From: a virus
Lineage: Duplodnaviria > Caudoviricetes
Reading direction: 5' to 3' (one strand)
Length of the DNA stretch: 48,617 nucleotides
IMG/VR virus record: IMGVR_UViG_3300048902_000105
Location: 1-48,617 of that record
Part shown: piece by piece, positions 25,443 through 33,417 of the stretch
Numbering within the stretch: position 1 is the first letter of the stretch
Layout of the letters: each line of letters opens with the position of its first letter
Program-made: the position numbers and the translations under genes
Notes under the pieces: model-generated
Databases searched by the model: none
What the model saw: the letters and a program-made list of their open reading frames with translations, nothing else
What the model was told of the DNA's origin: nothing

Positions 25443-26522
25443 TTATGTGATCCCCGGGGGCAGGTTCATGTTGATGTTCGGGTTGTAGGGTGTCTGACCG
25501 CTGGCGCCCGGCAGGACCGCCGCGCCGTAGCGTCCCGTGGCATAGGCACCCAGATTGCCCAGCCCGGAGTAAAGCCCGGCCACCTGTTGCTGCCACGCGG
25601 CGTCGGCCTTGGCCTGCGCCGCCCTGTTGGCGGCGGCGGTGTCGGAGTCGGACTGACCCAGGTTGGCGCTGCCCGTGGCGTTGCCGAACGCGAGACCCGA
25701 GTAAGCGTTCTCACCCTGCGCCTTGGCCTGGATCGCCTGATCCGCCGCGCCGCCATAGTCCGTGGCGTTGCGGTAGGCGATCTGCGAGGGGAGCAGTCTC
25801 ACCGCTGAGCCGCTTTGAAGTAGTTTCTCCGCTGTCTGAGCGGGCATGATGGCGGTCTGGTTGCCGGTGATCGCCTGTGCCGTGTCCTGGAGCGGCTGGC
25901 CGTAGGACGCCACCTTGGCGATGTCCGCGCCATACTGGCGGATATTGGCGGCGGCGATCCCCATGCGCCGGGCCAACGCGGTCTTCATCACGGGGTCATT
26001 GGTGGACGTGGACGCGCCGGACCCGGACGGATCGGTGGCGGCGGGACCAGTGGGACCGGATGCCTGGGACGACGCCAGCAACGCCGCCGCCTGATCCTGG
26101 GCGCCTTGCTGGGACTTATCCATGGTCCCGGGCGCGGTGGTGGACTGCAACAGTTCCTGCGCACGCTGATCGGCCTGCGCGCGTAACTGGACAGAGGTCG
26201 TGTTCTCGGCGTTCACGGTCTGGTTCTGGCGGTCGAGCGCCGCCATCTGCGCCTGACGGGTCGCCGCCGCCTGGGTCGTGCGCGCGGTGTTCTCCCGCTG
26301 CGCGGTATTAAACTGCGCGTCTGACTGCGCGCGGGTCGCGGCCATCCGCTGGTTGAACGCCTGGGTCTGCGCCGCCTGCGTGGCCTGATTTTGCTGCGCG
26401 ATGGCGTTGGCCTGCATGGTCTGCGCGTTGGAACTCTGCTTGGCGCCATACACAGCCGTTCCGGCGCTCAACGCCAGCCCCGCCGCCGTCAGCGCCGTCG
26501 TCATACTGATGGGTTCGCACAT
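25443..26522 (-). CDS. Ala/Gln-rich internal virion protein (359 aa)
   Basis: MCEPIS N-terminus followed by a hydrophobic segment; GGAG SD. Confidence 0.7.
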   Translation of the reverse strand: MCEPISMTTALTAAGLALSAGTAVYGAKQSSNAQTMQANAIAQQNQATQAAQTQAFNQRMAATRAQSDAQFNTAQRENTARTTQAAATRQAQMAALDRQNQTVNAENTTSVQLRAQADQRAQELLQSTTAPGTMDKSQQGAQDQAAALLASSQASGPTGPAATDPSGSGASTSTNDPVMKTALARRMGIAAANIRQYGADIAKVASYGQPLQDTAQAITGNQTAIMPAQTAEKLLQSGSAVRLLPSQIAYRNATDYGGAADQAIQAKAQGENAYSGLAFGNATGSANLGQSDSDTAAANRAAQAKADAAWQQQVAGLYSGLGNLGAYATGRYGAAVLPGASGQTPYNPNINMNLPPGIT

Positions 26523-26534
26523 ACTCGCTGGCTC

Positions 26535-27473
26535 CTACCGGATCGTCGCGCTGCTGCCGCCGGGGCTGGTCCCGCCCAGGCCGGCGCTCTTGGCGTTGGC
26601 ATAGGTGTTGCTGACGCCCAGCGCGTTCTGACCGCTGGCGTAGGACCCCACGCCACCCAGAACGTTGGTGAAGATGTTGGTCAGTGGGCTCACCGTGGGC
26701 ACGCCGCCCAGCGAGGCGATGGTGTCGCCCGCGTTGTTGGTGACGCCTGAGATGGCCTGCCTCGTGGTGTCCAGGCCGGAACTCACCGCCTGATCGTTCA
26801 CCCCGGCGATAGGCGGCGCCACGTTCTCGGCTGACGTGACCTGTCCCAGGAGGTTTTGCTTCGTGTTGGCGACCTGCGTCTTGAGCGTGTTCGTCGCGTC
26901 CAGCGCGTTCTGGGTCTGCGCCGCCGTGGCACGTCCGGCGTCTTCCTCCAGCAGGCCCTTCTGGTCCACCGCCGCCTGGGACGAGCCAAGTCCCTGCCGG
27001 GCGAGACCAAATAACAACTGCTTGTTGGCGATGTTCTTCTGGTAGTCGATGTCGTTGGTGGCCTTGTTCATGTAGTCGCTGGTGTATTGGTTGAAGTAAT
27101 CCGGCGAGAAGCGCCCGAACGCGTCATTGATCTTCTGCGTGCCCTCGGCCAGGAGACTGGCGCGGCCCGTGTCATACTGGTTTTGCCGTGCCGACTGCGC
27201 GTCAGCCTGCGCCTGGAGCGCGTCCTGCTGGGCTTTCTGGTCCGCCAGTTGCTGGCGGTTGAAGCTGTCCTGCTGGTCCGCGATCTGCTTCTGCTGGGCC
27301 AGTTGCTTGTCGGACATGTCCTGCTGGGCCATCATCTGGGCCTGCGCCACCGTCCTCGCCCCCTTGTCCAGGTAGGTCTGGTCGATCCCCGGTTCCGCGT
27401 AGAACGTGTCCCCCGACGATGTCCGGTAGAATTGGAGGGGTGAACTGCTTTTGCCGCCGCCGCCGAAGCACAT
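26535..27473 (-). CDS. Gln-rich internal virion protein (312 aa)
   Basis: MCFGGGG start with GGAG SD; coiled-coil character. Confidence 0.7.
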   Translation of the reverse strand: MCFGGGGKSSSPLQFYRTSSGDTFYAEPGIDQTYLDKGARTVAQAQMMAQQDMSDKQLAQQKQIADQQDSFNRQQLADQKAQQDALQAQADAQSARQNQYDTGRASLLAEGTQKINDAFGRFSPDYFNQYTSDYMNKATNDIDYQKNIANKQLLFGLARQGLGSSQAAVDQKGLLEEDAGRATAAQTQNALDATNTLKTQVANTKQNLLGQVTSAENVAPPIAGVNDQAVSSGLDTTRQAISGVTNNAGDTIASLGGVPTVSPLTNIFTNVLGGVGSYASGQNALGVSNTYANAKSAGLGGTSPGGSSATIR

Positions 27474-27951
27474 CACGCAATCTCCATGCGTAAATGATGA
27501 AATCCTCGCCCGTGCGCCCATACTCGCGCAGCAAGCCCTCCTGTTCGCCGCCCAGCGCCTCGATCCAGCGCCGGCTGTCGGTGTTCTCAGCCAGGGCATA
27601 GGCTTCGGCGCGGTGCCCGCCGCGCTCGATCATGCCGGGCAGAACACGGTCGAACGCGTCCCGGGTCAGCGCCCGCACGATCCATGGCCACTCATCGGTC
27701 CCGAACGCGCCCAGCACGAAGACCCCGGGCCGGGCCATGTTGGCGCCGTTCAACGCCACCGGGACGCCGTCCCACCACCACGCCGACCAAAGATCGGAGT
27801 TCGCGCACACGGCCAGGATCTGGTCGATCAAGGGGTCCAGGTTGTCGTCCCAGCGCAGCGCCAGGATTTCGCGCCGGTCCCGGTCCCGGAGATTGTGGAC
27901 GATGAACTCCACCGCCGCGCGGGTCGGCGTCTCGCGGGTGACGCCGCTCAT
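27202..27951 (-). CDS. GNAT-like virion morphogenesis protein (T7 gp13-like position)
   Basis: LRDRDRREI, SRRWIEALG..EG....G..GEDF..YAW; follows the tail nozzle gene. Confidence 0.7.
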   Translation of the reverse strand: MSGVTRETPTRAAVEFIVHNLRDRDRREILALRWDDNLDPLIDQILAVCANSDLWSAWWWDGVPVALNGANMARPGVFVLGAFGTDEWPWIVRALTRDAFDRVLPGMIERGGHRAEAYALAENTDSRRWIEALGGEQEGLLREYGRTGEDFIIYAWRLRDVLRRRRQKQFTPPILPDIVGGHVLRGTGDRPDLPGQGGEDGGAGPDDGPAGHVRQATGPAEADRGPAGQLQPPATGGPESPAGRAPGAG

Positions 27952-29363
27952 TTGACGGACCCCTCCTGCATGTTCAGGTGGATCGACGCGAGCAACGCGG
28001 GGCCGGGCGCCTCGTGGATGAGTTCCAGGCCCACGTGGGTCCCGTAGCCGGCGAACGGTATGCTCTGCAAACCGAACGTGTTGTCCTGGACCGTGGCGAC
28101 CAGTTCAAACGCGTCGGTGTTGTTGGGCAACATTCCCATGCTGATCGACCACTGGCCCTGACACATCACGTCGACGCTCTGGATGCGCTTGCGCGTGGTG
28201 GGACCGTCCATCTCCATGTGCGGGGTGCGAACCGTGACCCGGGAACTGTCGTAAGTCTGGTTATCCACGCCGCCGTAGAGGTAGAGGCTTTGATCCGGTC
28301 CGCGCGCGTAGACCCGGTTGGCGACGACGGCGAACTCCTGCACGTCGAAGCCCGGCGTGAACTGGGACCATGCCGTGATATTGCCCGCCGGGAAGTATGA
28401 CAGCGCGTAGATTTTATCCGCGATGCTAAGCCAGTAACGCCCGGCGATGGGCTGCACGACGGACCGCGCGGCCATCGCGGCGGCTTCGTTCGTGCGTATC
28501 TGCGCCGTCATCAGCGGGTCGATGGCGGACCCCACGTCGCTGACGGACGCCGTGTTCGTGATGGTCAGGGATTTGAGGCTGCGCACGCCCGAGTCGGACA
28601 GGAACAAAATATCGCCGGTCCCGAACTGCGTCACGCTATGCGGCGCCAGGGTGCCGATGCGGATGACCTGATCCAGTTGATCCAGCGTCGGGTCCGGGTC
28701 CAGCCTCCAAAGCTGCGTCGTCAGGCGCGCGAAGACCGCCATCTTGTCGAAGAACACTTCCATCGAAACGGCGTTCTCGTTCTCCGGGTCGTTGATGCCC
28801 ACGTTGATGAACCCGGCGCCTGGGTTGGTCGTGCTGGACGGATCGTTCACGGAAGGATCGTTGACCCCCGAGAAGTTCACATAGGGTCCCGAAGTTCGAT
28901 ACATCTTCGTTTTATAGGTGCGGGCGTAGGTGCCCTGGCTGGGCGTGGTCCCGTCCGCCTCGAACACCAGCGCGCCGTCATACCAAATGTGGTTGGAGCC
29001 GTCCGCCGCTGTCCCGCACACGAAGAACCTGAAGTTGAACGCCTCGATGTCGAGGATCGTGATGGGCGCGCCGCCCGGCGGCATCGCCAGTTCGTGCGGG
29101 AAAATGGAACAGGGCGTGGTCCCCTGGTCCACCGCGCCCAGGTTGACCCCGAAGACATGCAGCAGATCCCCTTGTCCGAAGATCGCGGCGGTGTTGGGCG
29201 GCAACGTGGTGGTCTTGATGAAGGCCAGCCGCTTCTCGATTTCACCGCCCGGCGTCAGGACAGCATTGTCCAGGATGCGCAACGATCCGCCTGGAGCCGT
29301 CAGCGGTGACTTGCGGACATCCAGGCCCTCCTTGAAGTCGGTGATCGAGAAGACTTTGCCCAC
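27948..29363 (-). CDS. Tail tubular / nozzle protein (P22 gp10 / T7 gp12-like)
   Basis: ITDFKEGLD start, FLSDSGVRSL, beta-rich; synteny; probable GTG start at 29363. Confidence 0.7.
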   Translation of the reverse strand: MGKVFSITDFKEGLDVRKSPLTAPGGSLRILDNAVLTPGGEIEKRLAFIKTTTLPPNTAAIFGQGDLLHVFGVNLGAVDQGTTPCSIFPHELAMPPGGAPITILDIEAFNFRFFVCGTAADGSNHIWYDGALVFEADGTTPSQGTYARTYKTKMYRTSGPYVNFSGVNDPSVNDPSSTTNPGAGFINVGINDPENENAVSMEVFFDKMAVFARLTTQLWRLDPDPTLDQLDQVIRIGTLAPHSVTQFGTGDILFLSDSGVRSLKSLTITNTASVSDVGSAIDPLMTAQIRTNEAAAMAARSVVQPIAGRYWLSIADKIYALSYFPAGNITAWSQFTPGFDVQEFAVVANRVYARGPDQSLYLYGGVDNQTYDSSRVTVRTPHMEMDGPTTRKRIQSVDVMCQGQWSISMGMLPNNTDAFELVATVQDNTFGLQSIPFAGYGTHVGLELIHEAPGPALLASIHLNMQEGSVK

Positions 29364-29367
29364 GGCA

Positions 29368-30114
29368 TCAGGGGCCGTTGCCGTAGCCGGGTGGAATATA
29401 ATCCAGGCCCACGACGCCGGTATCAAACTCGCCCATGGGCGCCCGCGCGTCCCCACCGCCGCCGCCCATGACGAAGGGCTCGCGCTTGTGGCTGAACTGC
29501 CTGACGCGATGCCGGCGCATGACCTCGTTCGCCTTGGTCATCTTCAGTTGCGCGTCCTTCGCCTCATCACGCGCGAGGATTTCAGCCGCGCAAAACAGCA
29601 CGATCAGGTGATCCGGCAGGGTCGCCTCGTCACTGTCGTTGACCATCTTCTTGACCGTCTTGGTCCCGCGCATCCTGAGCCGGCCATCGTGGTTCGTGGT
29701 CGTGGCGTCGGGGATCGGCCAGATCTCGAACATGCCGCTGTCGGCGTTGTGCTGCCAGCGTCGCGGGGGCCAGGACTGGGCGCCGGCCTCGCTGTCGTAG
29801 AGCCGCATTTCCCGGGGACCGATGCCGTAGGTGACGTTGCTGATCCACATGTTGGAGTCGGAGATGAGCCAGAGTTTGCTCACGTCCTCGAACGTCAGAT
29901 CCACCGGGTATTGATAGTATCGCTGGCCCTGCACCATGTCGGTGTCGCGGTCGATGATGAGTTGCGGCCAGTCATAGTCCCGGTAAAGATCCTGCTGGGT
30001 GCGGTCGAGATAGTAAATCAGCGTGTCCCGGTCGTTGATGCCGTGCGCGACGTTGGTGGAGTGCCCGAGTTCGGCGCGCAGATCCGTCAACATGTCGCGC
30101 AGTTGCTTACCCAT
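29368..30114 (-). CDS. Head-tail adaptor / tail tubular protein A
   Basis: YDWP, GQRYY, EIWPIPD motifs; synteny. Confidence 0.7.
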   Translation of the reverse strand: MGKQLRDMLTDLRAELGHSTNVAHGINDRDTLIYYLDRTQQDLYRDYDWPQLIIDRDTDMVQGQRYYQYPVDLTFEDVSKLWLISDSNMWISNVTYGIGPREMRLYDSEAGAQSWPPRRWQHNADSGMFEIWPIPDATTTNHDGRLRMRGTKTVKKMVNDSDEATLPDHLIVLFCAAEILARDEAKDAQLKMTKANEVMRRHRVRQFSHKREPFVMGGGGGDARAPMGEFDTGVVGLDYIPPGYGNGP

Positions 30115-30808
30115 TGTTCTGCACCCTCACCGCGCGGGCGGTGCGCGCCGCCAGATTGCCCTCGCTTTCGCGGCGCATGGCGCCGCCGGCCACGTCCGGC
30201 AGGTGATCCGCCGTCCTGGGCGCGCTGGTCCCCTCGCCCCGGACATTGTCCCGGGCACGAAAACCCGCCGCGTCCGGCATCTCGGGTTTGGGCGCCGCCG
30301 TGACCATCGTGACCGCGTCGGCCAGCCCCAGCGGGTCGTCACCCAGTTCGTCGGCCTCGTGGCCGGCGATCTGGTCGATGCTCAGATCCGGCGGCGGCGG
30401 TTCGTCCTTGTAGGTGTTCACCACGCGCGGCATGTGGCTGGGCATGGTGAACTGATCCAAGGGTTTGAGGATCGGATCGGGGCTGTCGGGCCGCGTCGGC
30501 GGCGCGACATAGACGGGCTCGACGCAAAGCGGGATGGAGCCGTCCGCCAGGGGTAGCCTGGGCCGCGCGCCCGGGAAGACCTCTTGCACCGCCTTGTCCC
30601 CGTAGGTCAGCCGCAGCCGCTCCAGGACCTCGGCCTGCGTCGCGTCCCACTCGCCAACCACGTGAACGTCCTGGATCGCGTCCTCACCGTGCAGATGCTG
30701 CAAGACGATCAGTTCGGGAAACACAATGGGACGGCCTCGATGCCGGACGACCACCTGTTCGGGGTCGCCGGCCAGCGCCACGGAGCAGCGCAAAAGTTGA
30801 AAGTTCAT
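30107..30808 (-). CDS. Hypothetical virion-operon protein (233 aa)
   Basis: AGGAGG SD before ATG at 30808; follows the capsid gene. Confidence 0.7.
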   Translation of the reverse strand: MNFQLLRCSVALAGDPEQVVVRHRGRPIVFPELIVLQHLHGEDAIQDVHVVGEWDATQAEVLERLRLTYGDKAVQEVFPGARPRLPLADGSIPLCVEPVYVAPPTRPDSPDPILKPLDQFTMPSHMPRVVNTYKDEPPPPDLSIDQIAGHEADELGDDPLGLADAVTMVTAAPKPEMPDAAGFRARDNVRGEGTSAPRTADHLPDVAGGAMRRESEGNLAARTARAVRVQNNG

Positions 30809-30873
30809 AGGCTGGGCCTCCTGTCCCACGGGAAACGCCGCCGGGACATGTCCTGTCCCGGCGGTTGCGAAAG

Positions 30874-31956
30874 TCACGCGATGTCGTAAACGCCCGACGC
30901 GTTGAGTTGCTGGGCGACCATCTGCCCCGTGTGCGTCAGGGATTTATACATGACGAACGTGTTGTAGGGTCTGGCCGGCGTGAACCGGTGATCCCACTCG
31001 CCGTCCATCTTCATCAGGTAGATGTGCCTCGGGTCCCACCAGTAGAGGCGCTTGTTCTTGCCCAGGTCGTCCAGCGTCGGGTCGTATTCGATGGTTGCGC
31101 CGCCGGGCAACTTGAGTTGTCCCATGGAGCCGTCCTGGACCCCGGTGAACCCCGTCATCGAGTAGTTGCCGTTAGCGCGGAACTCGGTCTCCATGGCCGA
31201 AATGAAGTCAGATCCGGCCAGCGCCTTGGAGGGCTTGCCCCCGTAACGGATCAACTGGCGATACTCCTGCTGCAAGAACTCGATCAGCGCGCCGCCGTTG
31301 GTCGGGCTGGAGGTAATCACGCCGCGTCCCCCGGCGGCGCCGAACGCCGCCGTGGCCGCGCGGTTGCGCCACCACGTATTTGTCCTGGCGAGACCCCCGG
31401 TGGTCCCGGTCGCCGGGCTGTCCAGGATGATCGACTGCATCCCGGCCAGCGCCTTGGGATCGGCGGTCCCGTCGGCCCAGAGCAGAGCGTTCATGTTGCG
31501 CGCATACTGTTCGCCAAAATCTTCCAACTTGTCCTGGAGCAGGTTCACCAGGACAGTCACTTCGCGGTCAGAATGGTTGGACATGTCCGAACCGTTGCCG
31601 GCGTCATCCGTGATCGAGATGCCGTCGATCTTCAGTTCGGTGTGCGTCAGCGTCAGGCCGATGTGGTGTTCACGCCACGGATAGTTCGCCCGCTTGATGT
31701 TGGCCGGCGTGTAGAAGTTCACCGTGTCATTGTGCGTGTAGCCCACGACATGATCGTTGGTGCCGCCCGCGCCGTAATCGCCCTTCACGGCCAGGGAGAT
31801 ATTTCCCTTGCCACCTGGGAACGACTTGGCGCTGGCCTCGGCCCACTTCAGCAAGGGCTTGGCCTGGATCGACTGTTTGAAGGTGTCTCCCTTGTTGTAG
31901 TAAAAATCCAGTGCGGCGTTGGCTATGTTCGCGAGTTCTCCGGCTGTGAAAGCCAT
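30874..31956 (-). CDS. Major capsid protein
   Basis: 360 aa; follows the scaffold gene; strongly biased codons. Confidence 0.8.
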   Translation of the reverse strand: MAFTAGELANIANAALDFYYNKGDTFKQSIQAKPLLKWAEASAKSFPGGKGNISLAVKGDYGAGGTNDHVVGYTHNDTVNFYTPANIKRANYPWREHHIGLTLTHTELKIDGISITDDAGNGSDMSNHSDREVTVLVNLLQDKLEDFGEQYARNMNALLWADGTADPKALAGMQSIILDSPATGTTGGLARTNTWWRNRAATAAFGAAGGRGVITSSPTNGGALIEFLQQEYRQLIRYGGKPSKALAGSDFISAMETEFRANGNYSMTGFTGVQDGSMGQLKLPGGATIEYDPTLDDLGKNKRLYWWDPRHIYLMKMDGEWDHRFTPARPYNTFVMYKSLTHTGQMVAQQLNASGVYDIA

Positions 31957-31975
31957 TTACGTGGTCCCTGGGGGA

Positions 31976-33076
31976 TCACGACGCGCGCCTCATGTTCGAC
32001 ATGGCCAGAAGGACGGCGTCCTTCATGTTCGTCGGCTCGGGCGCGGCGCCGTGCGATGTGCCGTTGATGCCGGGCGGAGCGGGCCGCGTGGGTCGCGGCG
32101 GCGGTCGTAGCCGCGCGATTTCATCGGTCGCCTCGCGATACGCCTCCTGCACCAGCGCCACCGCCTGATCGGGCGTGGTCGGCGCGCCCTTCTCTTGCAG
32201 CAGCGCCTGCGAGAAGCGCCGGACAGCATTGGCTTTCAGGGAGTAGTCGGGGTCCCTCGTGCGGATGTCGTTTTCCCAGTTCGTCACGGCCATGCGGACC
32301 GCTTCCAGTGCGCGGCCCTGGTCCTCCTGCGCGCGGGAAGTCGTCTCAGCGCGTAACCGTTCCTCGGACTGATTGGCCCGGAAACGGGTCCGCGTGACCT
32401 CTCGCGCGGTTTCCTCGGTGATAAGCCCTTCGTCCACCTGTCGCTGCATATCCGGCGCGAGACGCACGCCAATGGCTTCCTGAGCGGCCTGCACGTAAGG
32501 CATCACGCCGTTCAAAAACGCCTGGTAGTCGCCTCGCCGCAGCGACGCGCCCACCCCCAGCAACATGTTCACGTCGTCAGGGGCAAGCTGGTGCTCGCGC
32601 AGATAACCTTGAAGTTGGCGGTGTTGCTCGATTTCGGGCGACAACGCGTTCAGGGTCGTGCGGGCCTCATCCCGTTGGGCCAGTAGCTGTTCAAACCGCC
32701 GCCTTGTCTCGGGTCGTAGCTTCCGAAGTTCGGCCTCGGTCGGATCGGCTCCTGGTTGCTGGGCGGCATCCGATGTTTGGGTCCCGGTTTCTCCCGGGCG
32801 GGTCCCAGCCGTGTCCGTGTCAGTCCCTTGTGTCGCGGCGCCGTCGCCCTCGGTCTGCGAGGGGAGCGCGGGCGTTTCCTGGACTTTGACCACCGCGCGG
32901 ACTGCTTCGAGCAACCCGTCGCGATCAGACAGTGGGGTGTCGCCTGACGAGGGCGCGGCTTGCGTGTCGGTGCCTGACGAGGGCTTCGGATCTGTCGTGG
33001 TTTCAGGCGCGGGGGACGAGTCCGCCAGTGGTCGGTCCGTGTCGGTCGTGCCGGTGTTGGTGTCGTCTTCCGCCAC
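31976..33076 (-). CDS. Scaffolding protein
   Basis: Acidic disordered N-terminus then coiled coil; lies between portal and capsid. Confidence 0.7.
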   Translation of the reverse strand: MAEDDTNTGTTDTDRPLADSSPAPETTTDPKPSSGTDTQAAPSSGDTPLSDRDGLLEAVRAVVKVQETPALPSQTEGDGAATQGTDTDTAGTRPGETGTQTSDAAQQPGADPTEAELRKLRPETRRRFEQLLAQRDEARTTLNALSPEIEQHRQLQGYLREHQLAPDDVNMLLGVGASLRRGDYQAFLNGVMPYVQAAQEAIGVRLAPDMQRQVDEGLITEETAREVTRTRFRANQSEERLRAETTSRAQEDQGRALEAVRMAVTNWENDIRTRDPDYSLKANAVRRFSQALLQEKGAPTTPDQAVALVQEAYREATDEIARLRPPPRPTRPAPPGINGTSHGAAPEPTNMKDAVLLAMSNMRRAS

Positions 33077-33163
33077 TTGCGCGATCCTGCTTTGCCTTCA
33101 CCGAAGGTGCTGGCTGAAACCAGGATCGCTTATGGGCCGTGTTTTGTTTGGTTGTCCAGAGGG

Positions 33164-33256
33164 TCAGGCGAAAATCAACCGCATGATCCACCCCCAGAAA
33201 ACCACCAAAACCACGATGGCCCCCAACACCGCCGCGAAGCCCTTGATGTCGCTCAT
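33164..33256 (-). CDS. 30-aa single-TM peptide (MSDIKGFAAVLGAIVVLVVFWGWIMRLIFA)
   Basis: Translated by hand; ATGA overlap with the upstream gene. Confidence 0.55.
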   Translation of the reverse strand: MSDIKGFAAVLGAIVVLVVFWGWIMRLIFA

Positions 33257-33417
33257 CGGTAAACCCCGCCACCAAGCAGCCAGAAGATCAGGATAACAAC
33301 CAGCACGATCCCCAGGACACCGCCCAGCCCCGCGTTGCCGTAGCGGTTATAGCCATACCAGCCACCACCGCCGCCCAGCAGTAAAACCAGCAAAAGCACG
33401 ATCAAAAGAAGCGTCAT
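33253..33417 (-). CDS. 54-aa two-TM Gly-rich protein, DUF3309-like
   Basis: MTLLLIVLLLVLLLGGGGGWYGYNRYGNAGLGGVLGIVLVVILIFWLLGGGVYR, translated by hand; ATGA overlap with the portal stop. Confidence 0.7.
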   Translation of the reverse strand: MTLLLIVLLLVLLLGGGGGWYGYNRYGNAGLGGVLGIVLVVILIFWLLGGGVYR

